This document shows, one piece after another, positions 39,470 through 50,615 of a stretch of DNA of 64,000 nt. The stretch covers positions 2,741 through 66,740 of the forward strand of contig DUZW01000018.1 in assembly GCA_013349295.1 (NCBI GenBank), in the 5' to 3' direction. A program made the position numbers and the translations under genes. Under the pieces are notes generated by a model, which searched no databases, was not told the DNA's origin, and was given only the letters and a program-made list of their open reading frames with translations. Each line of letters begins with the position of its first letter. Positions within the stretch are counted from its first letter, which is position 1. The stretch comes from Deltaproteobacteria bacterium. GTDB lineage: Bacteria > Desulfobacterota > Desulfobulbia > Desulfobulbales > Desulfurivibrionaceae.

Positions 39470-40342
39470 TTACTTCAACGCCTCGGCACCGCCGACGATA
39501 TCCATCAATTCCGCGGTGATGCCAGCCTGCCGCGCCTTGTTGTAAATCAGGGTCAGGCTATGGATGATATCCTTACATGCGCTGGTCGCATTATCCATGG
39601 CGGTCATCCGAGCGGCATGCTCGCTGGCGCTCACTTCCAGCATGGCATGATAAACCATGACATTCATGTAGAGCGGCAGAAGCACTTCCATGATTTCCTC
39701 GGTGCTCGGCTCATAGATATAGGATCCGGCAGAAGAAGATGTTGCCTCCGCTGCCTCAACAACATTCGGCTGGATAGGCAGGAACATCTGCTCAGCGGGA
39801 CGCTGAACGGCAACACTTTTAAATTTTCCGTAAACAATACGGACTTCATCGCTGCCGCCGGAAAGAAAGTTTCCGGCAATATCCTGGGCAATGGCCCGGG
39901 CGTTGAACATCTGAAAGGTACCCATCAGATCGACATGACGCTGCCGAACCTTACCGGTTTTCCGGAAATAGTTGGCACTCTTCTTGCCGACGCAGACCAG
40001 AGACACCTTCTTGCCCTGCGCTTCAAGACTTGCCATGAGCTTCTCGGTCATCTTGAGGATGTTGGCGTTGAAGCTGCCGCACAGGCCGCGATCCGAGGTG
40101 ACCACCAGGATCTCCACGTTCTTGACCTCGCGCTTTTCCATGAGCGGGAAAGCGCCGGAATCCATGGCCGAAGACAGATTGCCCATTGCCGCGTTGAACT
40201 TCTCGGCATAGGAGCGAAAATCCTCCATCTTCTGCTGTGCCCCGCGAAGCTTGGCCGCAGCTACCATGTTCATGGCCTTGGTGATCTGGGCAGTTTTCTT
40301 CACCCCACCAATCTTCGTTTTTACATCTTTTAGGCTCGGCAT
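39470..40342 (-). CDS. atpG: ATP synthase F1 gamma subunit
   Basis: ITKAMNMVAAAK, SDRGLCG, ASEHAARMTAM, NKARQAGIT. Confidence 0.97.
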   Translation of the reverse strand: MPSLKDVKTKIGGVKKTAQITKAMNMVAAAKLRGAQQKMEDFRSYAEKFNAAMGNLSSAMDSGAFPLMEKREVKNVEILVVTSDRGLCGSFNANILKMTEKLMASLEAQGKKVSLVCVGKKSANYFRKTGKVRQRHVDLMGTFQMFNARAIAQDIAGNFLSGGSDEVRIVYGKFKSVAVQRPAEQMFLPIQPNVVEAAEATSSSAGSYIYEPSTEEIMEVLLPLYMNVMVYHAMLEVSASEHAARMTAMDNATSACKDIIHSLTLIYNKARQAGITAELMDIVGGAEALK

Positions 40343-40357
40343 GAGACCTTACCCCCC

Positions 40358-41881
40358 TTATTTGAGGCCCTTGGCAGCCTTGAAAGATTCACCGAAAGCC
40401 TGCAGAGTGGCCCGGATTTTTTCTTCCAGGGCGGCATCAATGGCTTGTTTTTCTTTCAGGTCATCATAGATGCTCGGCTGGTTTTTCTCAATATGGGCAT
40501 AAAGCTGCTGCTCATACTCAGCCAGGCAGTCAACGGGCAAGGTATCGAGATAGCCGCGAGTACCGGCAAAAAGGATACAGATCTGTTTTTCCATGGGCAG
40601 CGGCTGATACTGGGGCTGCTTCAGAATCTCAACCAGACGGGCGCCACGGGTCAACTGTGCCTGGGTGGCGGCGTCAAGATCGGAACCGAAACCGGCAAAG
40701 GCGGCGAGCTCGCGATACTGGGCCAGATCCAGACGAAGGGAGCCGGCAACCTGTTTCATGGCTTTTACCTGAGCAGCGCCACCTACGCGGGATACGGAGA
40801 GACCGACGTTGATCGCGGGACGAACACCGGCGAAGAAGAGGTTGGGCTCAAGGTATACCTGACCGTCGGTAATGGAGATAACGTTGGTCGGGATAAAGGC
40901 GGATACGTCGCCGGCCTGGGTCTCGATGATGGGCAGGGCGGTAAGAGAACCGGCACCCAGGGCATCGTTCACCTTGCAAGAACGCTCCAGCAGACGGGAG
41001 TGGTTGAAGAAAATGTCGCCGGGGTACGCTTCACGTCCGGGCGGACGACGAAGGAGCAGGGACAACTCACGGTAGGAGACCGCCTGCTTGGAAAGATCGT
41101 CATAGATGATCAGGGCATGCTGGCCGTTGTCACGGAAGTACTCGCCCATGGCGCAACCGGCAAAGGCTGCGACATACTGCATCGGCGCCGGATCAGAAGC
41201 GCAAGCAGCAACAACGGTGGTGTATTCCATGGCGCCATGCTTACGCAGCGCTTCAACAACCAAGGCCACCGTGGACTTCTTCTGGCCGATGGCCACATAG
41301 ACGCAATGCACATCGGTGTTTTTCTGAGCGATGATCGCATCGACGCAGAGAGCGGTCTTGCCGATCTGACGGTCGCCAATTACCAGCTCACGTTGGCCGC
41401 GGCCAACAGGGGTCATGGCGTCAACGGCCTTGGCGCCTGTGTAGCAAGGCTCATGAACGGACTTCCTGGCGATAACGCCCGGGGCCAAAACCTCGATCTT
41501 GGAGCTGTGCTTGGCATTGAGCGGACCCTGCCCGTCGATGGGGTTGCCCACGCCGTCAACAACGCGGCCTTCCATCTCGGGACCGACGGGAACCTCGGCA
41601 ATACGACCGGTCCGTTTTACGGTGTCGCCTTCCTTGATCTTCCGCACGTCACCAAGAAGCGCACAGCCAACGTTGTCCGCTTCAAGGTTCAAGGCAATGC
41701 CCAAGACTCCACCGGGAAACTCAAGCAGCTCCATGGCCATGCACTTCTCAACCCCGTACACACGAGCGATACCGTCACCAACGGAGATTACGGTGCCGGT
41801 TTCACTCAGATCAACTTTACTTTCGTAATCCTTGATCTGCCCCTTGATAATTTGACTGATCTCTTCGGCTTTGATCTGCAT
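40358..41881 (-). CDS. atpA: ATP synthase F1 alpha subunit
   Basis: [34 protein letters not shown]. Confidence 0.98.
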   Translation of the reverse strand: MQIKAEEISQIIKGQIKDYESKVDLSETGTVISVGDGIARVYGVEKCMAMELLEFPGGVLGIALNLEADNVGCALLGDVRKIKEGDTVKRTGRIAEVPVGPEMEGRVVDGVGNPIDGQGPLNAKHSSKIEVLAPGVIARKSVHEPCYTGAKAVDAMTPVGRGQRELVIGDRQIGKTALCVDAIIAQKNTDVHCVYVAIGQKKSTVALVVEALRKHGAMEYTTVVAACASDPAPMQYVAAFAGCAMGEYFRDNGQHALIIYDDLSKQAVSYRELSLLLRRPPGREAYPGDIFFNHSRLLERSCKVNDALGAGSLTALPIIETQAGDVSAFIPTNVISITDGQVYLEPNLFFAGVRPAINVGLSVSRVGGAAQVKAMKQVAGSLRLDLAQYRELAAFAGFGSDLDAATQAQLTRGARLVEILKQPQYQPLPMEKQICILFAGTRGYLDTLPVDCLAEYEQQLYAHIEKNQPSIYDDLKEKQAIDAALEEKIRATLQAFGESFKAAKGLK

Positions 41882-41886
41882 TTGTC

Positions 41887-42432
41887 TTATTCACTCCCCT
41901 TAATGGATTCTTTTAAACCAGCCAGCTGTGATCTGATGCTTCCATCGAGCACCAAATCACCGACCTTGGCCACAATGCCGCCGATAATGGACGGATCGAC
42001 TTGAGACGTAAGGACGACTTGCTTGCCGGTTATTTTTTCCAATGTTGCCTTAACCTTTGCACTGAGTTCCGGGGTCAGCTCCATGGCCGAAACCACCGTC
42101 CCTTGACACATATTGTTATCCGCATCGACCATAGCCTGGAACACTGCGGCGATGTCGGGCAGGATATTCGCGCGTTTTTTCTGCACCAGCAGTTTGAAAA
42201 AATTACCCAGAACCTGTGAAACCTGCATGGAGGCAAGAAGATGCTCCATGACCTTTTCCCGCGCCTCAACAGGATAGAGTGGGTTGGTCAGGGCATCGGC
42301 AACCTCGGGCATTCCGAGAAAAAGCTCGGCCATGGCATTGAGGGTCTTGGCAAACTCCGCGAAGGCATTCCCTTCCTTACCAACGGCAAACAACGCCTTG
42401 GCATATCGTTTGGCTAATACTGTATTCTTCAC
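41887..42432 (-). CDS. atpH: ATP synthase F1 delta subunit
   Basis: AKRYAKALF ... VDPSIIGG...VGDLVLDGS. Confidence 0.95.
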   Translation of the reverse strand: MKNTVLAKRYAKALFAVGKEGNAFAEFAKTLNAMAELFLGMPEVADALTNPLYPVEAREKVMEHLLASMQVSQVLGNFFKLLVQKKRANILPDIAAVFQAMVDADNNMCQGTVVSAMELTPELSAKVKATLEKITGKQVVLTSQVDPSIIGGIVAKVGDLVLDGSIRSQLAGLKESIKGSE

Positions 42433-43016
42433 TGGATACCTCCGACCTTATCAAGAGACAGTTCAACCATCCTGCTCTGATCCGCAGGCTGAATATTTTT
42501 TCGAACCAGTTCTTCCGCCAGCAGCACGGCTTGCTCGGCCACCTCGGCCTTCAGGCGAGCCTTGGCCTCGGTAAGCTCATGGGCAACAGCCATTTCCGCC
42601 TGCCGCTTGATATCCCCGGCATTGCGTTCGGCATCGGCGATGATCTTTTCCTTCTCCACCTCACCCTGCTTGACCGCCTCGGCGATGATCCCGTTCACTT
42701 CTTCATCGAGCCTGGCAATCTTGGCTTCGGCCTCCTTGTACAGCAGCTCGGCCTCGGCCTTCCTGGACTCCAGGGCTTCAAGTTGATCCTTGATCCCGTC
42801 CCGCCGACTGCTCAAGCCTTCGGCAAAGGGTTTCTTCAAAAAGAAGACCAAGATGAAAGCCAGGCCGGCAAAATTCAATGCCCGATACAGCAGATCCATC
42901 CATTTTTCCCTGGGGATGGCGCCATCACCGGAAGCATATGCCGCAACGGCAAACGCCAGCACCAGAAGCAACGACAATCCGGCTACGCCGGTTTTTTTCC
43001 ATGAGACATTCTTCAT
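42429..43016 (-). CDS. atpF: ATP synthase F0 subunit b
   Basis: RALNFAGLAFILVFFLKKP TM followed by a coiled coil; operon position. Confidence 0.9.
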   Translation of the reverse strand: MKNVSWKKTGVAGLSLLLVLAFAVAAYASGDGAIPREKWMDLLYRALNFAGLAFILVFFLKKPFAEGLSSRRDGIKDQLEALESRKAEAELLYKEAEAKIARLDEEVNGIIAEAVKQGEVEKEKIIADAERNAGDIKRQAEMAVAHELTEAKARLKAEVAEQAVLLAEELVRKNIQPADQSRMVELSLDKVGGIQ

Positions 43017-43442
43017 CTACAGAGCCCTCCCCAAAACCTTGCCCGCCATCTCGCCGGCAAAACCGGAAATCTGCCCCTGCAGTTCGGCTTGGGCTGCGGC
43101 AAACTGCTTTTCTATTTCGGCAAGCTGACCGGTTTTCTGCGCATCAACCTCCTTGCGGATTCCAGCCAATTTTTCCGAGCTCTCGGCAAGGGCCGCATTT
43201 CTGGCAGCCTCGTACTCTTTTTTTGCCCTGATCCTGGCATCCTTCATCTTCTGGCCAAACTCATCAAGACGCAACGCAGCATTTTTCTTGAATTGGTCAA
43301 TGCCCTCATCAAGGCCGCCGATCTTCTTCTGGCGCTCATCGATAATTGAGCGGATCGGTTTGTACAAGACTGCATTCAAAACGACAATAAGCAAAAGCAT
43401 ATTGGCAATCTGAATGAGCATGGTCAGGTCGATGGTAATCAT
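43017..43442 (-). CDS. ATP synthase F0 subunit b'
   Basis: IDLTMLIQIANMLLLIVVLNAVLYKPI TM followed by a coiled coil; first gene of the operon. Confidence 0.9.
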   Translation of the reverse strand: MITIDLTMLIQIANMLLLIVVLNAVLYKPIRSIIDERQKKIGGLDEGIDQFKKNAALRLDEFGQKMKDARIRAKKEYEAARNAALAESSEKLAGIRKEVDAQKTGQLAEIEKQFAAAQAELQGQISGFAGEMAGKVLGRAL

Positions 43443-43647
43443 TACAGGCCCCCGTTTTTCTTTACAATTAATATATGAAAAAATCTTGGTATGTGCGCAC
43501 GAAATGAATCCCCGTTCATTAACAATTGAACGGTTCTAATCGAATTTTTTTGGCATGTCAATACATTTTCCCGCTGCTTTCTTCCCCTGTTTTTCCTTGG
43601 ATATTTCTACAAAATCACAACCTAACAGGTCCTTTTCTCTAAGGTAT

Positions 43648-46305
43648 TTAGCGAGATGCTTTGGCCCCTTGCTCGACGATGATCCCATGCACCGCGGCAA
43701 GAGCCTCCGGCAGCTTATCCGCCATGGTCCCGCCGGCCTGGGCCATATCCGGCCGCCCGCCCCCGCTGCCGCCAACCATGACAGCTACCTCTTTCACAAT
43801 CTGACCGGCATGAAACCGGGTGCTGAGATCCTTGGTGACCATGGCCAGCAGACTCACTTTTCCTTCAAAGACGCCGCCCAAAACGGCAATACCGCTACCC
43901 AGTGCGTCCCGCACCTTATCACCGACTTCCCGCATGGTTTTCGGCGAATCCATGGCGATCTGGGCGACAACCACCTTCACCCCCCCGATCTCCTGGGCGT
44001 TTTCGAGCATCGCGCCGAGATCGTTGACGGAAAGATCCGCGGTCAACCGGCTCACTTCGCGTTCCAGCTCTTTTTGACGGGCCAGGATTTTATCGAGCTT
44101 GACGGCCAGTTCCTCCGGCGAGGTCTTGAGTTTGGCGGCGAGCATTGCCAACTGGGCCTCGACCTGCTGAAACCGTTCCATGGCGCCGGGACCGGTTACC
44201 GCCTCGATCCGCCGTACTCCGGCGGCAATACCGCTTTCGCTCAGAATCTTGAATAGGCCTATCTCTCCGGTCGCGCCCACATGGGTGCCGCCGCACAATT
44301 CCTTGCTGATCTCGCCCACGGAAACAACCCGGACGCTGGCCTCATATTTCTCACCGAACAGGGCCGTGGCTCCGCCCTTGATGGCCTCCTCCCGGTCAAG
44401 CACCGCCGTGGATACCTGGGCATTGGCCCGGACACCCTCATTGACGATTTTTTCCACCCGAGCCAGCTCCTCCCGAGTGAGGGGGGAAAAATGGGTAAAA
44501 TCGAAGCGAAGCCGATCCGGATTGACTAGGGAGCCGGACTGCTTCACATGCTCGCCCAGAACCTCGCGCAGGGCGGCCTGCAAGAGATGGGTGGCGGTAT
44601 GGTTGTTGGCCGTGCGCTGACGCTTGCCTTCCGCCACCTTGAGCTCAACGGTCTCGCCGAGGGCCAGACTGCCTTCCATAACCTCGGCCTGATGGAGGAT
44701 AAGCCCTTCCCCTACGGCCATGGTGGTTTCCACCCTCGCCTTACCATGGGGTCCAATGATCATGCCCCGATCGCCGCTTTGCCCGCCGGACTCGGCATAA
44801 AAAGGGGTTTCCGGGCAGACCACGGATATCTGCTCGCCGGTGCCCGCCTGCTCAAGGCCGGCACCGCCGGCACTTACCAGGCCGGTAATGGCCGCTTGAT
44901 GGTGCCGGGTTTCATAGCCGACAAAGCGGCTACGCATCCCGGTATCCAGCAGGGCGCGAATCCCTGCCCCCATTTCGGCAAGCGAGGTGGCTTTCCATGA
45001 TTTCTTGGATTGATTGCGCTGCACTTCCATGGCCGCGTTGAATCCGGCCTCATCCGCCAGCATCCCTTTCTCAATGGCGATATCCTTTACGATATCCACG
45101 GGAAACCCGTAGGTATCGTAAAGCTTGAAGATGAACTCGCCGGAGACTTCTTTCTCGCCGGCATCCTGCAACCGCTTCATCTCCTGATGGAGCATGGTCA
45201 AACCATGGTCCAGGGTTTCCAGAAAGCGGACCTCCTCGTTGTGCACCACCTTGGCCAGAAGCTCGCGCGCTCCATGGAGATGGGGATACGCCTCGCCCAT
45301 CTCGGCGATGACCGCGGAGGTCACCCCGGTGAGAAAGGGCTTTTTCAATCCGAGGGTGCGGCCAAAACGGATGGCTCGGCGCATGATGCGGCGGAGCACG
45401 TAGCCCCTTCCCTCATTGGAAGGCAGGACCCCGTCGGCCACCAGAAAGGTGGTGGCCCGGCTGTGATCGGCGATAACCCGCAGAGCCGTGTTGACCGCCG
45501 CATCCGATCCGTAGCGAACTCCGGCAACATCGGCGATCGCCGTAATAATGCCGCTGAACAGATCGGAATCGTAGTTGGTGAATTTCCCCTGGGTAACCGC
45601 GGCAATGCGCTCCAAGCCCATGCCGGTGTCGATGCTCGGCTTGGGCAGCGGGGCCATGCTGCCGTCCTCGCTCCGGTTGAACTGCATGAACACCAGGTTC
45701 CAGATCTCAAGAAAGCGGTCGCAGTCGCAGCCGAGCTTGCAATCGGGTCGGCCGCAGCCCGCCTCCGCCCCCTGATCGATATGGATCTCCGAACAGGGAC
45801 CGCAGGGGCCGGTGTCGCCCATGGCCCAGAAATTGTCCTTTTCCCCCATCCGCACGATGCGCCCCTGAGGCAGATCCTTGACCTTTTCCCAGAGTCCGAA
45901 GGCCTCGTCATCATCGTCAAACACCGAAACCCAGAGTTTTTCCGGGTCCAACCCGACCTCCTTGGTGAGGAAGTCCCAGGCGTAATGGATGGCATCCTTT
46001 TTAAAATAATCGCCAAAGGAAAAATTACCGAGCATCTCGAAAAAGGTATGGTGGCGGGCGGTATAGCCCACGTTTTCCAGATCGTTATGTTTGCCGCCTG
46101 CCCGCACGCAGCGCTGGCAGGTCACGGCCCGGACGTAATCCCGCTTGTCCTCGCCCATGAACACCCGCTTGAACTGAACCATCCCGGCATTGGTAAAGAG
46201 CAGGGTCGGGTCGTCATGGGGCACCAGGGCAGAGCTTTCCACCACCGTATGGCCCTTGTCGGTAAAGTAGGTCAAAAATCGTTTGCGTATCTCGTTTCCG
46301 TTCAT
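43648..46305 (-). CDS. alaS: Alanine--tRNA ligase
   Basis: DPTLLFTNAGM, HHTFFEMLGNFS, DTGMGLER, editing HTATH...CGGTH, GGGRPDMAQAGG. Confidence 0.98.
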   Translation of the reverse strand: MNGNEIRKRFLTYFTDKGHTVVESSALVPHDDPTLLFTNAGMVQFKRVFMGEDKRDYVRAVTCQRCVRAGGKHNDLENVGYTARHHTFFEMLGNFSFGDYFKKDAIHYAWDFLTKEVGLDPEKLWVSVFDDDDEAFGLWEKVKDLPQGRIVRMGEKDNFWAMGDTGPCGPCSEIHIDQGAEAGCGRPDCKLGCDCDRFLEIWNLVFMQFNRSEDGSMAPLPKPSIDTGMGLERIAAVTQGKFTNYDSDLFSGIITAIADVAGVRYGSDAAVNTALRVIADHSRATTFLVADGVLPSNEGRGYVLRRIMRRAIRFGRTLGLKKPFLTGVTSAVIAEMGEAYPHLHGARELLAKVVHNEEVRFLETLDHGLTMLHQEMKRLQDAGEKEVSGEFIFKLYDTYGFPVDIVKDIAIEKGMLADEAGFNAAMEVQRNQSKKSWKATSLAEMGAGIRALLDTGMRSRFVGYETRHHQAAITGLVSAGGAGLEQAGTGEQISVVCPETPFYAESGGQSGDRGMIIGPHGKARVETTMAVGEGLILHQAEVMEGSLALGETVELKVAEGKRQRTANNHTATHLLQAALREVLGEHVKQSGSLVNPDRLRFDFTHFSPLTREELARVEKIVNEGVRANAQVSTAVLDREEAIKGGATALFGEKYEASVRVVSVGEISKELCGGTHVGATGEIGLFKILSESGIAAGVRRIEAVTGPGAMERFQQVEAQLAMLAAKLKTSPEELAVKLDKILARQKELEREVSRLTADLSVNDLGAMLENAQEIGGVKVVVAQIAMDSPKTMREVGDKVRDALGSGIAVLGGVFEGKVSLLAMVTKDLSTRFHAGQIVKEVAVMVGGSGGGRPDMAQAGGTMADKLPEALAAVHGIIVEQGAKASR

Positions 46306-46326
46306 TGGGACATTCCTTCAAATTAC

Positions 46327-46356
46327 AGAAGCGGGACGCATCCGCATCCCGCTTCT
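46327..46356. other. Hairpin between recA and alaS
   Basis: AGAAGCGGGA-N10-TCCCGCTTCT, a perfect 10-bp stem with a weak U-tract. Confidence 0.5.
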
Positions 46357-46381
46357 TACAAAGATATTGTTCTTTTTTTAA

Positions 46382-47419
46382 TCAGTCGGCGGCAGGTGCC
46401 GGAACCGCGGCCTTTTCTCCCGGCGCGGGCAGACCATAGCCTAAGCGCACCTTTCTTTCAAGATCAGCACACATCTCCGGATGCTCCTTGAGGAAGATCT
46501 TGGAGTTCTCCCTCCCCTGGCCGATGCGTTCGCCGTTATAGGAATACCAGGCCCCGCTTTTCTCGACAATATCCTGGGCCGTGGCCAGATCGAGCAGGTC
46601 GCCGACCTTGGAGGCGCCTTCACCATAGATGATATCGAACTCAGCCTCCTTAAAGGGCGGGGCCATCTTGTTCTTCACCACCTTGACCTTGGTCCGGTTG
46701 CCGATAACCTCCACCCCGTCTTTAATGGCGGCCTGGCGGCGGATATCGAGCCGCAGGGAGCTGTAAAATTTGAGGGCGTTGCCGCCCGTGGTGGTCTCAG
46801 GATTTCCGAACATAACCCCGATCTTCATCCGGATCTGGTTGATGAAGATGATCGCGGTATTGGTGCGTTTGAGCACCCCGGTGAGCTTGCGCATGGCCTG
46901 GGACATGAGCCGGGCTTGGAGTCCGACATGGGAGTCGCCTGCGTTGCCGTCGATTTCCGCCTTGGGCACCAAGGCCGCCACCGAGTCAACAACAATGACA
47001 TCCACCGCCCCGCTGCGGATAAGGATCTCAACGATCTCCAGGGCCTGCTCGCCGTAATCGGGCTGGGAAACGAGGAGATCGTCGACCTTGACCCCGAGGC
47101 GCTCGGCATAGCCGATGTCCAGAGCATGCTCGGCATCGATGAAGGCCGCGCTACCCCCGGCCTTCTGGGCCTCGGCAATAACATGCAGGGCCAGGGTTGT
47201 CTTACCCGAAGATTCCGGGCCATAGATTTCCGTGATCCGCCCCCGGGGAACGCCGCCGATGCCGGTGGCGATATCAACACTCAGAGTGCCGGTGGGAATA
47301 ACCGCCACCGCCTCGCGCTCGTCGGTGCCGAGCCGCATGATCGATCCCTTGCCGAACTGCTTCTGGATTTGAAAAATCGCGGTATCAAGGGTTTTATTCT
47401 TATCTTCGGCACTGGCCAT
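46382..47419 (-). CDS. recA: Recombinase RecA
   Basis: [40 protein letters not shown]. Confidence 0.98.
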   Translation of the reverse strand: MASAEDKNKTLDTAIFQIQKQFGKGSIMRLGTDEREAVAVIPTGTLSVDIATGIGGVPRGRITEIYGPESSGKTTLALHVIAEAQKAGGSAAFIDAEHALDIGYAERLGVKVDDLLVSQPDYGEQALEIVEILIRSGAVDVIVVDSVAALVPKAEIDGNAGDSHVGLQARLMSQAMRKLTGVLKRTNTAIIFINQIRMKIGVMFGNPETTTGGNALKFYSSLRLDIRRQAAIKDGVEVIGNRTKVKVVKNKMAPPFKEAEFDIIYGEGASKVGDLLDLATAQDIVEKSGAWYSYNGERIGQGRENSKIFLKEHPEMCADLERKVRLGYGLPAPGEKAAVPAPAAD

Positions 47420-47573
47420 GTATTAAGTCTCCCAAGGTATGATGGACTCGCAAAAAAAGGAAAAAGGTCACAGGTCCGTAACACAAATCCAAAGAGTTCC
47501 AAGACAATAAACGTTGTTCTTGCGTCTTTTTTCACACTTACAATTAAGTGTGAGGAATTATAGTCGGTTCGTT

Positions 47574-48851
47574 TTACACTGTCCGGAGCTCATTATCAAG
47601 ACCAAGCAGATGTCGGCGTAAAAGATCAAGAGCCTTCTGGCTGGCCAAGGCCTGTACCTGCCAACGGTCCCCGGAAAAATGAAAGCGAAAGGTTTGGGTT
47701 TTCTCCGAGCCGGCCAGGCCGAAATAGACCGTACCCACCGGCTTGTCTGCCGTGCCGCCGGTGGGTCCGGCAATCCCGGTAACGGCAAGGGCATGGTCAA
47801 CTGGGGTCACCCGCCGCATCCCCTCGGCCATGCCCCTGGCGGTTTCCGCGCTGACCGCACCGCAACGCAGGATAATCTCGCGATTGACACCAAGCAAACG
47901 CTCCTTCAAGGCATCATTGTAAGCCACCACCCCGCCCAGGAAATAGGCGGAACTCCCGGCGATCCTGGTCAGGGTGTGGCCGATGAGACCACCGGTGCAT
48001 GATTCCGCCACGGCCACTGTCTGGCCACGCGCGGCAAGCAGGTTCCCCACCACGCCTTCCAGGGTGTCACTCCCTGTCCCGTAACAGCAATCGCCAAGTA
48101 AGGTCGCCACCTGGGCGTCATATTTTTGTAAGACCGCCTTGGCCTCCTGGCTTGTGGCCCCTGTAACGGTAAGACTGACATGCACCTCGGGAAACACGGG
48201 ATAATAGCCGATCCGCACCCTGGGATCACGTCCCTCCAGATGGGCAAGCTTCCGGTTGATTTCAGCCTCGGCCAAGCCCACCACCTTATACACCTTCTGG
48301 CGCACCTGGCGGACCTCCTCGCCTTCCCAGACAGCCAAGCGGGTGATCACCGTTTCAAGGAGCAGATCCTTCATTTCATGCGGCACCCCAGGCAGAAAAA
48401 AGATGGGTTTGCCGTCTTGAACCAGAAAATATCCGGCCATCTTCGCTTCCGTGTGCAGGGCATGGGCGCCCGCCGGCAACCAGGCCAGTTTTTCAAGGGA
48501 GACCTGCCGGCCGCCGGGCATATTCTTGCCATGGTCCTGGATTTTCTTAAATAGTTCCGGATAGAAGGTGGCGGGACGGGAAAGGGCCGAGGAAACGGCG
48601 GCATTGGTCAAATCATCGGAGGTCGGACCCAGGCCGCCGGTGACAATAATAAAATCCGCCCGTTGCAAAGCCCGTTGCAGGGTGCGGCCGATGAGCTCGA
48701 GATCATCCCCGATGGTGGTCATGGCCAAAACCTCGTGGCCAGCGGCAAAAAGATGGCTTGCCGCAAAATAGCTGGTGGTGTTCAGCACACTCCCGGAGGT
48801 GAGCTCATCACCGATGGCAATTATTTCCCCAATCATGCTGTTATGATCCAA
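47574..48851 (-). CDS. cinA: CinA family (molybdopterin-binding domain + PncC NMN deamidase)
   Basis: IGDELTSG, GGLGPTSDDLT, LPGVPHEM, AESCTGG, GAVS, TGIAGPTGG; upstream of recA. Confidence 0.93.
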   Translation of the reverse strand: MDHNSMIGEIIAIGDELTSGSVLNTTSYFAASHLFAAGHEVLAMTTIGDDLELIGRTLQRALQRADFIIVTGGLGPTSDDLTNAAVSSALSRPATFYPELFKKIQDHGKNMPGGRQVSLEKLAWLPAGAHALHTEAKMAGYFLVQDGKPIFFLPGVPHEMKDLLLETVITRLAVWEGEEVRQVRQKVYKVVGLAEAEINRKLAHLEGRDPRVRIGYYPVFPEVHVSLTVTGATSQEAKAVLQKYDAQVATLLGDCCYGTGSDTLEGVVGNLLAARGQTVAVAESCTGGLIGHTLTRIAGSSAYFLGGVVAYNDALKERLLGVNREIILRCGAVSAETARGMAEGMRRVTPVDHALAVTGIAGPTGGTADKPVGTVYFGLAGSEKTQTFRFHFSGDRWQVQALASQKALDLLRRHLLGLDNELRTV

Positions 48852-48925
48852 AAAGGAAAAAGTTTTTTAACCACAAAACCGATTATCCCTTCCTTTTTTT
48901 TGTGGTTTTCGTGGCAAATAATCAC

Positions 48926-50245
48926 TCAAACAATCCTGCCCAGCACCCCGTCGGCGGTGAGCTCTTCGAGGCGCACCGTAATCAGCTGATTCACCATGGC
49001 GTTGTCCCCCTCAAAGGAGACCGGGATATAATTTCCGGTATACCCCCGCAGCAGGCACCCTTTTTTGCGCCTTTCCACCAGAATCTGCCGGATGCTGCCC
49101 AGATGGCTTTGGTAAAAGGCGCTCCGTTTTTTATGATTCAAATCCCTCAGAAGCGCAACCCGTTCATCCTTGTCCGCCTTGGGAACCTGATCAGGCATGG
49201 CGGCGGCAGGGGTTCCCGGCCTTTTCGAATAGGGAAACACATGGAGATAGCTTACCGGCAGCGACTCAATCAAGCTATAGGTGTTGCGAAAAGCTGTCTC
49301 GTCCTCGCCGGGAAAACCGACCAATACATCCACGCCGATGGCCACATCGGGCAGACGCCTCATACTCTCTTCCACGACCTTGGCAAAGGTGGCGGCGGGA
49401 TAGCGACGGTTCATCCTCTGCAAAATCCGGTCATCCCCGCTTTGCAAGGGAATATGCAGATAGGGCATGACCGCCGGGGATTGGGCCATGAGGCCCAGAA
49501 GCTCGTCCGTGATCTCGGTTGGCTCCAAGGAGCTCAAGCGATACCGCACCGGCAGGTTTTGGGCAAGAAGCAGGGCCAGTAACTCGCGCAGATTAGATTG
49601 AGGGGTGAGATCCTGGCCATAATGGCCAAGATGGATACCGGTGAGCACCTGTTCCTTATACCCCTGGGCGGCAAAGATCTCGGCCTGGGCCACGACCTTG
49701 TCCGGAGCAAGGCTTCGACTGCGCCCCCTGGCATAGGGTACGATGCAGTAAGAACAGAAGCTGTTGCAACCGTCCTGTACCTTGAGATAAGCCCTGGTCC
49801 GTTCACCGAAGCTGGTGACGGTAAGGGGGGAGATTTCCTTCTGCCCCGCGATATTGCCCAAGTGCATTTCCAGATCACAGTGCCGCTCGGCCAGGGCCAC
49901 TTCCACCAATCGATGCTTGCAGCCGTTGCCCACAATGCAGATGGGACTGTCGGCGATATCGAGGATATCCTGGGCGGCAACCTGTGCATAGCAACCGGTC
50001 ACGATCAGCCGGGCTTCGGGATTGGCGCGCAAGGCTTGACGGATCAGCTGGCGCGACTGGGCTCCAGCCTTGGCCGTAACCGCGCAGGTATTGATGATAT
50101 AAACATCTGCCGAACCGGAAAAAGGGACCAGCTCCACTTGCCGCCGGCCAAGTTCTGAAAGGAAGGCGGCCGACTCAAACTGGTTGACCTTGCAGCCGAG
50201 GGTGGATATGGCTATTTTTTTTGGGCCCTGCGCCTTGATATTCAT
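48926..50245 (-). CDS. mtaB: tRNA t6A37 methylthiotransferase MtaB
   Basis: TLGCKVNQFES, INTCAVT, GCYAQ, KVQDGCNSFCSYC, HVFPYSKRPGT. Confidence 0.93.
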   Translation of the reverse strand: MNIKAQGPKKIAISTLGCKVNQFESAAFLSELGRRQVELVPFSGSADVYIINTCAVTAKAGAQSRQLIRQALRANPEARLIVTGCYAQVAAQDILDIADSPICIVGNGCKHRLVEVALAERHCDLEMHLGNIAGQKEISPLTVTSFGERTRAYLKVQDGCNSFCSYCIVPYARGRSRSLAPDKVVAQAEIFAAQGYKEQVLTGIHLGHYGQDLTPQSNLRELLALLLAQNLPVRYRLSSLEPTEITDELLGLMAQSPAVMPYLHIPLQSGDDRILQRMNRRYPAATFAKVVEESMRRLPDVAIGVDVLVGFPGEDETAFRNTYSLIESLPVSYLHVFPYSKRPGTPAAAMPDQVPKADKDERVALLRDLNHKKRSAFYQSHLGSIRQILVERRKKGCLLRGYTGNYIPVSFEGDNAMVNQLITVRLEELTADGVLGRIV

Positions 50246-50615
50246 GCCTTTGCCATACTATTTTTGCTGCGGATTTGCAAGAACAAGCCGGATCACCGGC
50301 GCCCTGGCAGTATAACCGAACAGCATCCCTTCACTGTTACAGATGCGCGAAAATGGTCTGTCCGTCCGGGATAGCAGCCCACCTTTCCGGGTTGTGCCGA
50401 CTCATTGACACAGCGACACTATCGCCCAGACCAACGGGAAAGGTTAATGATCTCATTTGTGCGCCATTATTGCCGTCAAGCATTGCATGGACAAATCGCA
50501 GAGGTATCTGCTTTCGTTCAATTCAAGTTTTATGACCAGCTGCAAGTGGAAAGAGCTTCATTCCTTGATCCAAGCTGACAAGTTGTCCGGTTGGATCAGA
50601 GATTGGCCATGGACT

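Noticed and set aside
50250-50610. Long spacer upstream of mtaB with hairpins and an 86-aa ORF; considered as a c-di-GMP riboswitch or small gene
   Set aside because: I could not match the GEMM consensus on either strand, and the ORF has no RBS or motif. An Rfam scan would be needed.
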